A stretch of DNA of 61,019 bases, taken from Poseidonia sp. (GTDB lineage: Archaea; Thermoplasmatota; Poseidoniia; Poseidoniales; Poseidoniaceae). Each line of letters opens with the position of its first letter. Position 1 is the stretch's first letter. The notes below the pieces were generated by a model. The model searched no databases. It was not told where the DNA came from and worked only from the letters and a program-made list of their open reading frames with translations. Below are positions 48,085 to 58,574 of the stretch, piece after piece. The stretch spans positions 1 to 61,019 of the forward strand of contig JBMYQB010000006.1 of assembly GCA_049600935.1 (NCBI GenBank), written 5' to 3'. Made by a program: the position numbers and the translations under genes.

Positions 48085-50313
48085 TCACATGGTTTCCATG
48101 CCGCGGCTGAAGTCTCGGTTTCGCTTAATGTTGGTCAGTCCCGAAGTCAGGCGAGTTTCCATCTTTTGGTAGTACTCGAGCATGTCAGGAGTGACCGTCG
48201 GTCGAACCCGTGAAATAGCCTCTTCAAAGTGAGACTTTGTGACCTTTTTCTTTCCAGCACGCATACAGATGAGCGCCGCTTCACGGCACACCGCTTCAAT
48301 GTCCGCACCGGTGAAGCCGTCCATGCCAGTCAAAATGTCCCTAAAGGAGAATTTGCTGAGTGGCATGCCTTCGCTGTGGATGCCAAAGATGGATTCGCGA
48401 GCACCTGCATCGGGCGGTGGGACGTGGAGGACGCGCTCAAAGCGACCGCTTCGCAGCAGGGCAGGGTCTATCATTTCGGGACGGTTGGTGGCCGCCACAA
48501 TGATGACCCCGTCGAGAGATTCAACACCGTCCATGCTCGCAAGCAGTTGATTCACGACACGGTTGCCAACATCGCTGCCTTCCGACGCGCTGCCACCGCT
48601 TCTCATGGAGGCAATGGATTCGAACTCGTCGAGGAAGATGATCGATGGAGCAGATTGCTTGGCCTTCTTGAAAATCTCACGGATGGCGCGCTCCGATTCA
48701 CCAACCCACTTTGAGATGAGTTCAGGACCTTTGATACTGATGAAATTGGCCTGAGCCTCGTTGGCAATGGCTTTCGCAAGCAGCGTTTTTCCCGTTCCTG
48801 GGGCACCAAACAAGACGATACCCCGAGGTGGTTTTATGCCAAAGTGCTCAAAGAGTTCAGGCTTGGTAAGTGGCCATTCCACCGATTCCTTGAGGCGGTC
48901 TTTGACTTCCTGGAGGCCGCCGACTTCGTCCCAGCCTACTTCGGGAACTTCAACGTAAATCTCACGGAGAGCTGAGGGTTCAATGTCTCGGATGGCTTCT
49001 TTGAAGTCGTCCATGCAGACCTCCATTTTCTCCAGTACTTCCGGCGGAAGGGTCTCTTCATCAAGGTCGATTTCAGGGAGATACCTTCGTAGGGCTCGCA
49101 TGGCGGCTTCACGCACGAGAGCAGCGAGGTCGGCACCCACGAAGCCGTAGGTGTTGTCAAGCACCCAGGCGATGTCAAAATCATCAGCGATGGGCATTTG
49201 CCGCGTGTGAACGTCCATGATTTCGCTGCGGCCTTCTCGGTCGGGAACGCCAATTTCGATTTCACGGTCGAAGCGACCCGGTCGACGGAGAGCAGGGTCG
49301 AGGGCATCGCGCCGATTGGTAGCTCCAATCACCACGACGTTGTCCCGTCCCTGCATACCGTCCATGAGCGTGAGCATTTGAGCAACGACGCGGCGTTCCA
49401 CTTCGCCCGTGACGTCTTCACGCTTGGGGCAAATGGAATCAATTTCGTCAATGAAGACGATAGCGGGTGCGTTGTCCGCAGCCTCATCGAAAATTTCTCG
49501 CAGTTGCTTCTCGGATTCACCGTAGTACTTCGAGATGATTTCTGGACCGTTGATGCTCTTGAAGTGGGCGTTGACCTCGGTAGCCACCGCCTTTGCAATC
49601 ATCGTTTTTCCAGTGCCAGGAGGGCCGTGGAGCAGCACGCCTTTGGGAGGGTCAATGCCGAGACGCCGGAACAATTCCGGGTGTTTGAGCGGCAGTTCGA
49701 TCATCTCACGAACCTTCTGAAGTTGTTGGCCAATGCCACCGACGTCCTCGTAGGTGATGCCTTCGGACTGGCCAACGTCCTCTTCGGCCACGGCCTCGTC
49801 TTTGATGACAATCTCGGTATCGGTGGTAACGACGACGATGCCTTTGGGCACGGTTTGAACGACGGCAAAGGGTAAGGCTTCGGCAAAGAGGGTCATGCCG
49901 GGAATAAAGATGCGGTCGCCGGCCACCACGGGCCGCTTGGCAAGACCTCGCTTGGCAAAGCCCTCAATCCCAGGTCCAAACTTCACCTTCTGCTTGTTGG
50001 CCATGACCGGCGAGATGGTCAATTTCTTGCATTCCTCAGCCTTTGCCTTGCGAACCGTAACCCTGTCTCCAAGGCTCACGCCTGCGTTTTTCCTGATGAT
50101 GCCGTCCATTCGAATGATGTCCATCTTGGCGTCTTCGGGTCGGCTTCGCCAGTAAATGGCGGCCGTGGAACGTTCTTCGCCGCTGATTTCAACGAAATCG
50201 CCAGGCTTGAGGTCAAGTCCCATTTCCGAAGAGATGCGCGCCCTGCCGAAGCCAACATCGGAGGGGATGGCTTTGGAAACGCGGAGTTCGATGCTGTCGT
50301 CTTTATCTGCCAT
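48085..50313 (-). CDS. cdc48: Cdc48/VCP/VAT AAA+ ATPase
   Basis: N domain ([24 protein letters not shown]). D1 [22 protein letters not shown]2 [20 protein letters not shown]. Confidence 0.97.
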   Translation of the reverse strand: MADKDDSIELRVSKAIPSDVGFGRARISSEMGLDLKPGDFVEISGEERSTAAIYWRSRPEDAKMDIIRMDGIIRKNAGVSLGDRVTVRKAKAEECKKLTISPVMANKQKVKFGPGIEGFAKRGLAKRPVVAGDRIFIPGMTLFAEALPFAVVQTVPKGIVVVTTDTEIVIKDEAVAEEDVGQSEGITYEDVGGIGQQLQKVREMIELPLKHPELFRRLGIDPPKGVLLHGPPGTGKTMIAKAVATEVNAHFKSINGPEIISKYYGESEKQLREIFDEAADNAPAIVFIDEIDSICPKREDVTGEVERRVVAQMLTLMDGMQGRDNVVVIGATNRRDALDPALRRPGRFDREIEIGVPDREGRSEIMDVHTRQMPIADDFDIAWVLDNTYGFVGADLAALVREAAMRALRRYLPEIDLDEETLPPEVLEKMEVCMDDFKEAIRDIEPSALREIYVEVPEVGWDEVGGLQEVKDRLKESVEWPLTKPELFEHFGIKPPRGIVLFGAPGTGKTLLAKAIANEAQANFISIKGPELISKWVGESERAIREIFKKAKQSAPSIIFLDEFESIASMRSGGSASEGSDVGNRVVNQLLASMDGVESLDGVIIVAATNRPEMIDPALLRSGRFERVLHVPPPDAGARESIFGIHSEGMPLSKFSFRDILTGMDGFTGADIEAVCREAALICMRAGKKKVTKSHFEEAISRVRPTVTPDMLEYYQKMETRLTSGLTNIKRNRDFSRGMETM

Positions 50314-50347
50314 GATGCTCCCTCTCAACTTCAATGAACAATCTACG

Positions 50348-50356
50348 GTATATAAT
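50348..50356 (-). promoter_or_regulatory. TATA box candidate for cdc48
   Basis: Minus strand reads CATTATATAC about 35 nt upstream of ATG 50313. Confidence 0.5.
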
Positions 50357-50429
50357 GAAATTCAACCGGGTCCTTGACCTGCTCACGATGAAACTTCGTG
50401 CAGGGGCGATATAAACCCCAGCCCGTAGA

Positions 50430-52133
50430 TTGATGAATGACGAAAACAACCGTCCAACCTCACCTTCCATCACATTGAAGAGACGGGTTCAATTCGCCAA
50501 AACCATGACTCATGTTCTTGAAACGGGCTTGGAATACATGCAAATTGACAATCCCACGGGCAAACCAGCCGTGCGTGGCTACAACATCATCAACGGGCAA
50601 TTGACCGGCGCAAGCGACGGCGGCACCTTCCGTTCCACCAATCCTGCTCACCTGGCCGACTGCCTGGGTGAATTTCCGCTCTCAACCCGTGACGATGTAC
50701 GAGAAGCACTTCACGCCGCTCACGCTGCCTTCCCAGCATGGGCCGCCACGCCCGCCCCAACCCGTGGTCAAATCATTGGCAACATGGGCCGTCTCTTGAT
50801 GGAACACAAGGATGCCCTCGTGGCCCTCGAAACCAGGGAAATTGGCAAGACGCTCAAGGAATCCGGCGGAGAAATTCAGGAAGCCATTGACACCTGTCTG
50901 TTCTTCCAGTCCGAGGGGCGCCGTCTCTACGGACAGACCGTGAACTCCGAATTGCCGGATAAAGAACTCTTCACCTACCGACGCCCGCTCGGGGTTTGCG
51001 GCATCATCAACGCCTGCAACTTCCCGTCAGCCGTTCCATTTTGGAAGATGATCCCCGCCATCATGTGCGGCAACACCTGCGTGTGGAAGAGTCCACAAGA
51101 CGCCCCGCTCCTCTCGTTTGCACTGGCCCGCATCATGCACGAAGCAGGGCTACCGGACGGTGTTATCAACCTCGTTCACGGCAAGGGAAGCGGCGCAGGC
51201 CAGTACCTCGTTGACGCCGTCGATGAGGGACTCGTCAACAAAATCTCCTTCACCGGTTCGACCGGTGTTGGCAAGATGATCGGCGAAGTATGTGGACGTA
51301 ACCTCGTCTCCTGTTCGCTTGAATTGGGCGGAAAGAACCCGCTGGTCGTCATGCCCTCGGCCGACATCAACAACGCCGTGGAAGGCGCCTATTGGGGGGC
51401 CTTTGGTACGGCTGGACAACGTTGCACCAGCCTTGGCAACCTCATCGTCCACGAAAGCATCTACGACGAATTCATGGAGAAATTCATGGCCAAGGTCAAG
51501 TCAACACGCATCGGCAACTCGCTGGTTCACAAGGACGTGCTCTACGGACCCATGCTTTCCGAAAAGTACGCTGAGGATTTCCTCAAAGGACTCGAGATGG
51601 CCAAATCCAGCGGCGCCACCCAGATTTGGGGAGAAGGCCCCATCACCGCTGAGAGTGCCCCTGAGAACTTCATGGGCGATGCCTCGGAAGGCGTGTTCAT
51701 GTGGCCCCACGTCTTTGTCGATGTCACCGAGGACATGGAATGCTTCCACGAGGAAATTTTCGGCCCGGTGGTCACCGTGGTGAAGGCGAAGGATTTCGAC
51801 CACGCACTCCACCTCGCCAACGCCAGCCCCTACGGACTTTCTTCGGCCATTTACACCAACGACCGTCTTGAAGCCTATCGCTACAAGACCGGCATCAAGG
51901 CCGGCATGACGGGCATCAACAACTCCACCACCGGTGCTGAGGCTCACCTGCCGTTTGGTGGTGTGAAGGGCTCAGGAAACGGAACCCGTGAATCCGGTAT
52001 TTGGGTCATTGAAGCCTACTCCTACTGGCACGCCGTCAACGACGAACTGTCGGGCAAACTCCAGCTCGCTCAGATGGACGTCGATGAAATCGAAATGGTC
52101 GAGGCCGAGGTCAATTGGTCGGAATTGGCTTGA
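50430..52133 (+). CDS. NAD(P)-dependent aldehyde dehydrogenase (substrate unresolved)
   Basis: NFPSAVPFWK, WKS, FTGSTGVG, LELGGKNP (Glu), GQRCT (Cys), EEIFGPV, YGLSS, PFGGVKGSG. ATATAA at about 50409; true start uncertain. Confidence 0.93.
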   Translation: MMNDENNRPTSPSITLKRRVQFAKTMTHVLETGLEYMQIDNPTGKPAVRGYNIINGQLTGASDGGTFRSTNPAHLADCLGEFPLSTRDDVREALHAAHAAFPAWAATPAPTRGQIIGNMGRLLMEHKDALVALETREIGKTLKESGGEIQEAIDTCLFFQSEGRRLYGQTVNSELPDKELFTYRRPLGVCGIINACNFPSAVPFWKMIPAIMCGNTCVWKSPQDAPLLSFALARIMHEAGLPDGVINLVHGKGSGAGQYLVDAVDEGLVNKISFTGSTGVGKMIGEVCGRNLVSCSLELGGKNPLVVMPSADINNAVEGAYWGAFGTAGQRCTSLGNLIVHESIYDEFMEKFMAKVKSTRIGNSLVHKDVLYGPMLSEKYAEDFLKGLEMAKSSGATQIWGEGPITAESAPENFMGDASEGVFMWPHVFVDVTEDMECFHEEIFGPVVTVVKAKDFDHALHLANASPYGLSSAIYTNDRLEAYRYKTGIKAGMTGINNSTTGAEAHLPFGGVKGSGNGTRESGIWVIEAYSYWHAVNDELSGKLQLAQMDVDEIEMVEAEVNWSELA

Positions 52134-52228
52134 ATTTCTTTCATAAACGGCATGCGGCTCAATGGTGAACCTCAAAGACCCTGCGCTGCTGGAGTGGATT
52201 GTTCCCGTAGGGAACAGGGGGACTTTGA

Positions 52229-53047
52229 ATGGGTGAAGGCATCAAACTCCCGGTCCTGAACGGACTGGGGCGCACCAATCGAATCGATAATTGGTGGAGC
52301 CAACCATTGGCCATGGGTGTCGGCCTCACCGCCGCTCTCATCTACACCTTTTGGCGACTGTTTCTCTATGACGCTGACATTTCCTATGCCCTGCACGGCA
52401 GTACGGTCATGTCGCCCATCTTCTCGCCTAACGTCCTCGAATGGAGTCTGTTTGGCCTGAACGAATGGAACCATCCCGAATGGGTCAACGCCGCCATCCT
52501 TGTTCTCTGGATTCCCTTTGGCTTCCGTGGAACCTGCTACTACATGCGACGCGTCTACTACCGCACGTTCTTCGCCAGCCCTACCGCTTGTTGGGTGGAC
52601 GAACCTGACATCAACAAAGCGATCGGCTACAAAGGCGAGAAGCGCTTGTTCATCTTCAACAACTTGCACCGCTACTTCCTCTACGCCGCCATGATCATTC
52701 TCGTCATCAAGTGGTGGGACGTCACCCACACCATGCATTTCCACTCCGCAAGCTACGACGGCTACGGCGTTTCCATCGGAACCTTCGTGATGGGGATTGA
52801 AGCCTTCCTGCTCACGATGTACGTCACGTCCTGCCACGCCCTGCGGCACCTCGCCGGAGGCATGCTGGACCGCTGGACCACCGGTATCAGTCGAGTCCGA
52901 GGCGTGCTGTTTGGCAAGATCAGCATCCTCAACCGTTCTCACGGGTTTTGGTTCTGGACCTCGTTGATTTTCGTATTCCTTGGCGACCTTTGGGTGCTGG
53001 CCGTGGCCGATGGCCGCTTGAGCGACATGGTGCTCTTCGTGGTGTGA
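52229..53047 (+). CDS. sdhC: Succinate dehydrogenase membrane anchor, mycobacterial Sdh1 (Rv0249c-like) type
   Basis: PFGFRGTCYYMRRVYYR, NNLHRYFLY, TSCHALRH, NRSHGFWFW. First gene of the sdh operon. Confidence 0.8.
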   Translation: MGEGIKLPVLNGLGRTNRIDNWWSQPLAMGVGLTAALIYTFWRLFLYDADISYALHGSTVMSPIFSPNVLEWSLFGLNEWNHPEWVNAAILVLWIPFGFRGTCYYMRRVYYRTFFASPTACWVDEPDINKAIGYKGEKRLFIFNNLHRYFLYAAMIILVIKWWDVTHTMHFHSASYDGYGVSIGTFVMGIEAFLLTMYVTSCHALRHLAGGMLDRWTTGISRVRGVLFGKISILNRSHGFWFWTSLIFVFLGDLWVLAVADGRLSDMVLFVV

Positions 53048-53056
53048 GGTGAGACG

Positions 53057-54910
53057 ATGAGTGAACACATTACGAAACATGAATACGATGTCATCGTCAT
53101 CGGCGCAGGTGGAGCAGGTCTCCGCGCCGCCATTGAAGCGGCTCGAAGCGGCGCCAAGACCGCCATCATCACCAAGTCCCTGCTCGGAAAAGCACACACC
53201 GTCATGGCCGAGGGTGGATGCGCTGCTGCGCTCCAAAACGCCGACCCTCGAGACGGTTGGAAAGTGCACTTCCACGACACGATGAAAGGCAGCAAGTGGC
53301 TTGCCAACTGGCGCATGGCAGAATTCCACGCTAAAGAAGCCCCGGACCGTGTTCGAGAGCTCGAACAGTGGGGCGCTGTGTTTGACCGCACGCCAAAGAA
53401 CCTCATCAATCAGCGAAACTTTGGCGGCCACACCTTCCCTCGCCTCGCTCACGTCGGCGACGCTACGGGCCTGGAAATCATTCGAACCCTGCAAGAACGG
53501 GGCATCCACGAAGGCATTGACATTTTCATGGAATACACCGTTCGAAGCCTCCTGAAAGAAGGCGACCGTGTCACGGGTTGCGTCGCCTACACCCGTGTTG
53601 ACGGTGAATTCCACGCCTTCTCCGCCAAATCCGTCGTCCTTGCGACCGGCGGCATCACGCGTTGCTGGTCGGTGTGCTCGGGCTCCTGGGAATACACCGG
53701 CGACGGTCATGCCCTTGCCCTGTGGGCTGGCGCAGAACTTCGCGACATGGAATTCGTTCAATTCCACCCTACCGGCATGGTGTGGCCACCGTCCGTTCGC
53801 GGCATCCTGGTCACCGAAGGCGTGCGTGGTGAAGGTGGGCGCTTAACCAACAGCGAAGGCAGCCGATTCATGTTCGATTACGTGCCGGAGATGTTCGCAG
53901 GCGACCACGCCGACACCATCGAAGAAGCCGACCAGTGGGTCGAAGAAGTGGTGAGCGGGAAACTCGCCACCGTTCGCCGACCGCCAGAATTGCTCACCCG
54001 AGACGTGGTGGCCAAGGCGATCAACGAAGAGGTCAAAGCCGGTCGTGGCTCCCCCCACGGCGGTGCCTTCCTCGATATTTCTCATCGCGGTGAGGAAGCC
54101 ATCATGAAGAAACTGCCCTCCATGCACCACCAGTTCAAGGAACTTGCAGGCGTCGACATCAGCAAAGAACCGATGGAAGTCGGTCCTACGGCCCACTACG
54201 TGATGGGCGGTGTTGTCGTCGATGCTGAATCCCAAGAGACCACGGTTCCCGGATTGTTCGCTTGCGGCGAGGTGGCCTCTGGCCTGCACGGCGCAAACCG
54301 ATTAGGCGGAAACTCCCTCTCCGACCTCATCGTGTTTGGTAAGCGGGCGGGTGAATTTGCCGCCAACCGTGCTCAGGACCTCGCTCAGCCATCGATTGAC
54401 GACGCTCAGGTGGAGCAAGCCATCAGCGACATGCTCGCACCGCTTCAGCGAGAAGGTGGCGAAAACCCCGGCCGAATCTACGACGAAATGCGAGACATGA
54501 TGCAAGCCAAGGTCGGCATCATTCGAACCAAAGCCGAACTTGAAGAAGCGCTTGACGACATCAAGTCGTTCAAGGAACGAGCCTTGGCCTGTTCGTCGGG
54601 TACATCACGCAAGTACAATTCCGGTTGGCACCAAGCCCTCGACCTCCTGAACATGGCCGATGTGTCCCATGCCGCCACGCTGGCCGCCATCACGCGAGAG
54701 GAAAGCCGTGGCGGCCACACGAGGGACGATTTTCCCACACCCGAAGACGACTATTGGGGCAAGACCATCAACATCATTTGGATGAAAGACGGTGAAATGA
54801 ACATTCGACAGGAACCGGTTGAGGAAATCCGCGACGACCTCAAAGACGCCCTCAAGGAAGTGAAGGCGATGATCGCTGACCGCGCAGCAGAAGCAGGAGG
54901 TGGAAACTGA
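53057..54910 (+). CDS. sdhA: Succinate dehydrogenase/fumarate reductase flavoprotein (Rv0248c-like)
   Basis: GAGGAG, KAHTVMAEGG (covalent FAD His), QRNFGGH, QFHPTG, TEGVRGEGG, HYVMGG, LHGANRLGGNSL, ESRGGH. Confidence 0.96.
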   Translation: MSEHITKHEYDVIVIGAGGAGLRAAIEAARSGAKTAIITKSLLGKAHTVMAEGGCAAALQNADPRDGWKVHFHDTMKGSKWLANWRMAEFHAKEAPDRVRELEQWGAVFDRTPKNLINQRNFGGHTFPRLAHVGDATGLEIIRTLQERGIHEGIDIFMEYTVRSLLKEGDRVTGCVAYTRVDGEFHAFSAKSVVLATGGITRCWSVCSGSWEYTGDGHALALWAGAELRDMEFVQFHPTGMVWPPSVRGILVTEGVRGEGGRLTNSEGSRFMFDYVPEMFAGDHADTIEEADQWVEEVVSGKLATVRRPPELLTRDVVAKAINEEVKAGRGSPHGGAFLDISHRGEEAIMKKLPSMHHQFKELAGVDISKEPMEVGPTAHYVMGGVVVDAESQETTVPGLFACGEVASGLHGANRLGGNSLSDLIVFGKRAGEFAANRAQDLAQPSIDDAQVEQAISDMLAPLQREGGENPGRIYDEMRDMMQAKVGIIRTKAELEEALDDIKSFKERALACSSGTSRKYNSGWHQALDLLNMADVSHAATLAAITREESRGGHTRDDFPTPEDDYWGKTINIIWMKDGEMNIRQEPVEEIRDDLKDALKEVKAMIADRAAEAGGGN

Positions 54911-55677
54911 TGTCCCTCAAAGGTACCAAACAATCGTTCAACATTCTACGAGGCGAAGGCGACGAAGCCAAACTTCAACCCTACGAACTGGAACTCGACG
55001 AGGGCATGGTGGTGCTCGATTGTCTCCATCGAATCCAACACGACCAAGAGCCAGACATGGCCGTCCGCTGGAACTGCAAAGCCGGCAAGTGCGGCTCATG
55101 CTCTGCAGAAATTAACGGACGGCCCCGCCTGATGTGCATGACACGAATGAGCGACGTTGTCGCAGAAACACCAGCTGGCCAACCCATCGAAATCCGCCCA
55201 ATGAAGACCTTCCCTCACGTGAAGGACCTCGTCACCGACGTGAGCTGGAACTACGATGTGGCCCAGCGGATTGCCCCCATCAACGGCCCGGAGAGCATGG
55301 ATTGGGAATTCAATCAGATGGAAGCCGACCGCGTGCAACACTTCCGTGAGTGCATTGAATGCTTCCTGTGCGTCAACACCTGCCACGTCCTGCGAGACCA
55401 CGAGCTCTTCGATGACTTTGCAGGACCGCGAAACCTTGTTCGCTTGGCTCAGTACGAAATGCACCCGCTCGACACCGAGGACCGTGTTCCTGAAATCAAG
55501 AAGGAGTTCGGTGTTGAATACTGCAACATCACCCGATGCTGCACCGAGGTCTGCCCTGCCGGCATCGAAATCACCGACGATGCCATCATCCAACTCAAGG
55601 AACGTGTGGTTGACCGGTATTATGACCCGCTGCAGCGCATTTGGCGAACCCTCACCCGTCAGAAGGTTCGCTACTGA
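54910..55677 (+). CDS. sdhB: Succinate dehydrogenase iron-sulfur subunit (Rv0247c-like)
   Basis: NCKAGKCGSC...LMC, CIECFLCVNTC, CNITRCCTEVC. Confidence 0.95.
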   Translation: MSLKGTKQSFNILRGEGDEAKLQPYELELDEGMVVLDCLHRIQHDQEPDMAVRWNCKAGKCGSCSAEINGRPRLMCMTRMSDVVAETPAGQPIEIRPMKTFPHVKDLVTDVSWNYDVAQRIAPINGPESMDWEFNQMEADRVQHFRECIECFLCVNTCHVLRDHELFDDFAGPRNLVRLAQYEMHPLDTEDRVPEIKKEFGVEYCNITRCCTEVCPAGIEITDDAIIQLKERVVDRYYDPLQRIWRTLTRQKVRY

Positions 55678-55706
55678 ACATCAAACGAGATTGCGGTGAT
55701 GAGGCC

Positions 55707-56606
55707 TCATCTTCGAGCGATGAGCCAATCCCGAATCCACTGCTCGCCGATGCCATCGTAGTCCACGTTGGGTGGTGGAAGCGGTCGAACGATGACCAGA
55801 ATGTCCAACTGGCCGCCCCACGAGGCTCTAGCAACCATGGAGACCTCACCGACCTTCGTCCCTTGCGGGTCGGAACCAAACGCCGTGGTGTTGATGTCGT
55901 AGGCTCTGTACACCACGGTCTCAACGTCGCCAGAGTCCCAACTGCCGATGATGATGTCGAGGGTGGACGGTGCCAGAACGGGTTTCAGGGTGATCTCTTC
56001 GGGGTTGAGGCGAACGAAAGGCACCTCCTCGTCAATCAACTCAATCGCTTGATGGAGTCGACCCGTTTCCATGTTCATCAGCGAGGCCAAGGTCAGCGCC
56101 ACCGTCTCAGCCCCCATGACGCCTGGTTGGTGCGGAAGGCGCAGGGTGAGGGACTGCAGCACCACCACGTCCGTGGTGACCCATGTGTATTGCTCGCTGG
56201 CGGGATACATCGATGCATGCGGGTTTTCGGTGAACAAGGGCTGGCCCCAGTCATCGGGTGCGACGGGTTGGGAAACTGGAAGAAAACCGGTCGCTCCCAT
56301 GCAAAGAACGGCAACACTCAGCGCCACCAATCGAGGCGTTCGCTCCTCGGACCATTCCTGGCGCCCTGCTGGACTGAGAACAGAGAGTAGCAACAGCAGA
56401 GGGAGGGTCAACAGCGCGCCCGCTGGGACAATCCAGATGAGGGCAGCGAAGGCAAAGGCCATCCGCACCCCGTTGCTCCCAATGGCGCCTGTCCAGTGGC
56501 CTTCCTCTGATTCGTTGGTTCGCCGGTGGTAGATGTAGAGCGCAAACCCACCCCCAACAAGCGGCGCCAAGGACTGAACCACGCCCTGCCACATCGTCGA
56601 TACCAA
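55707..56606 (-). CDS. Hypothetical membrane protein (about 3-4 TM plus soluble domain)
   Basis: 299-aa ORF with hydrophobic N-terminal third, divergent from the ABC genes. Confidence 0.65.
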   Translation of the reverse strand: MVSTMWQGVVQSLAPLVGGGFALYIYHRRTNESEEGHWTGAIGSNGVRMAFAFAALIWIVPAGALLTLPLLLLLSVLSPAGRQEWSEERTPRLVALSVAVLCMGATGFLPVSQPVAPDDWGQPLFTENPHASMYPASEQYTWVTTDVVVLQSLTLRLPHQPGVMGAETVALTLASLMNMETGRLHQAIELIDEEVPFVRLNPEEITLKPVLAPSTLDIIIGSWDSGDVETVVYRAYDINTTAFGSDPQGTKVGEVSMVARASWGGQLDILVIVRPLPPPNVDYDGIGEQWIRDWLIARR

Positions 56607-56683
56607 GACTCAACAGAAACTTGCCCGCCATAGAGGTTCGCCTCTCGCCAAGGTTGATGCTGGGGTTTCCCGTCCCAGCAAGC

Positions 56684-57706
56684 ATGGCGGAAGCAATCCT
56701 TTCCTTCAAGTCGGTTCAACACCGACACGCCATTCCGGCTCCTCGGCTGCTCAAGCCGTGGGCTACACGAGAAGGGCCGGGCATCGTTGGTCTGTCCCTT
56801 GACCTGTACGAAGGCGCTGTTTTGGGACTTATCGGACCGAACGGAGCGGGAAAAACCACCCTCCTCAGGATGATGGCCGGGATTCTTCCCGTACAGAAAG
56901 GACAGATCAAGGCACGGTTTGAGTCCAAGGAATCACATCCCGTAAGCGACTTGCGAAAATGGGTCGGACACATGCCCGAGCAAGTTCGCTGGCAGGGGCG
57001 CACGACGGTGTATGAGGCGCTCAAGCAACTGGGCGAAATGCGAGGAACCGCTGAAAAAAAGGTCGAGCGGTTGTTGGCCCTGGTCGGGCTGCGAACTCGT
57101 CGGGACGAGGCGCTCGACAACCTCAGCCAAGGCATGAGACAGCGATTATCGATTGCGGCAGCGCTCTTGGGCTCTCCGAAGGTCCTCCTTCTTGATGAAC
57201 CGTTCAACGGTCTTGACCCCGTTGCTGCAGAAGCCTTTGCTGCCTTGGTTCGCACGCTGGCGTCCAAGGGCGTGAGCATCGTAATCTCCTCACACATGGT
57301 CGCTCAACTTGAGGGGCTCATCGACCGCATCGCCTTACTGCATCGAGGTCAGTTGCTTGACGAGGGACCGCTTAGCGACGTCGAACAAAGGCTTGGTCTT
57401 GAGGGACGCTACACCATCACGGGAACCGGTGAAGTGGACGGAATGACATTGGCCGCCGCGGAGGATATCGTGGCCTTTGAACAGGAAGACGGGCAGTGGT
57501 CGTTAACGGTCAACAACCGTCCAAAGGCAGCGCTTGATACGGCCTTGGAGGCGGGTGCGAACATTACCTCATGGGCTCCTGTACGACCAAACCTTGTCGA
57601 ATGGTTGTGTGCAGCAACGGGGATGAGCGTGGACGATGTTTCGTTGGAGGTGGCTTCCTCTGCCCTCTTACCCATGCGGTCAATGGAGGTGAAAGAAGAT
57701 GAGTGA
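56684..57706 (+). CDS. ABC exporter ATP-binding subunit
   Basis: GPNGAGKTT, LSQGMRQR, LLLDEP, SSH. Confidence 0.93.
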   Translation: MAEAILSFKSVQHRHAIPAPRLLKPWATREGPGIVGLSLDLYEGAVLGLIGPNGAGKTTLLRMMAGILPVQKGQIKARFESKESHPVSDLRKWVGHMPEQVRWQGRTTVYEALKQLGEMRGTAEKKVERLLALVGLRTRRDEALDNLSQGMRQRLSIAAALLGSPKVLLLDEPFNGLDPVAAEAFAALVRTLASKGVSIVISSHMVAQLEGLIDRIALLHRGQLLDEGPLSDVEQRLGLEGRYTITGTGEVDGMTLAAAEDIVAFEQEDGQWSLTVNNRPKAALDTALEAGANITSWAPVRPNLVEWLCAATGMSVDDVSLEVASSALLPMRSMEVKEDE

Positions 57707-58529
57707 CCTCTCGCGAATCCTCAACGTGGCGGCACGAATTCGAAGGGAGCGGTTGGCCGGTATTCGGTTGAAGATCATGCTCCCGATTCTCCTCCTCTTC
57801 CTCCCGGGAATGGCGTGGGGATTTTCCGACCCCAACATCGTGCTTCCCGGCGGTCATCAACCCGATACGGCGATGGAAATCCTGTTCTACGCCTCGCTTG
57901 GCGTGGTGTTTGGCGCTACGATGTGTGCCGTATTGATGGCGTTTGACGGCGTGAGCAAAGACCGTGCAAGTGGGATGCTTGAGGTGCGGCTCGCCCAACC
58001 CATGCCCCGTCAACATCAAGCCTCCGCACTTATCCTCGGTCACGCTCAAAGCATTCTCATTCCCGTCTATGTTCTTCTTGCAGCTTCGGTGTTGGTGGTA
58101 CGGTTCCGTTTGGGGGAATGGCCGACACTCACGGAGACGGCGGTCTACGCCCTTTCAACCGGCTTGGTGGTCCTTTGGTACACCCTCTTTGCTCTTCTTG
58201 CTTCAACATCGGCGAAGGAACAGGGCACAGCCATCGCCTTTGGTATCGGCGTCTGGTTCTTCTTCACCTTCCTCTGGGCGCTGGTGACCTCCATGGTCGC
58301 TTACGCCTCCGGTGTGGCCGTCGGTGAAGCCAACGACCCGGCATGGGTGGCGCTTGAAGGCATGCTGGACCTGCTTTCACCCAACGGCGTCTACCACCAC
58401 CTCCTCGAAACGCAACTCCCGACGGTCGACCGTGGTGTTGCAGCCTGGCAATCGTGGTTCGCCGCCGTTCTCTGGACGGTCGTGCCGTGGTGGGCACTCC
58501 ACCGCCGCATGGAACGGCTCGTTCCTTGA
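57699..58529 (+). CDS. ABC-2 type exporter permease (NosY-like)
   Basis: About 6 TM; DGVSKDRASGMLEVRLAQPMPR, LLSPNGVY. Overlaps the ATPase stop. Confidence 0.85.
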   Translation: MSDLSRILNVAARIRRERLAGIRLKIMLPILLLFLPGMAWGFSDPNIVLPGGHQPDTAMEILFYASLGVVFGATMCAVLMAFDGVSKDRASGMLEVRLAQPMPRQHQASALILGHAQSILIPVYVLLAASVLVVRFRLGEWPTLTETAVYALSTGLVVLWYTLFALLASTSAKEQGTAIAFGIGVWFFFTFLWALVTSMVAYASGVAVGEANDPAWVALEGMLDLLSPNGVYHHLLETQLPTVDRGVAAWQSWFAAVLWTVVPWWALHRRMERLVP

Positions 58530-58574
58530 CGGTTTCAACCAATTCTTCATGAAGGCGAAAGTCAACCGGCCCCT

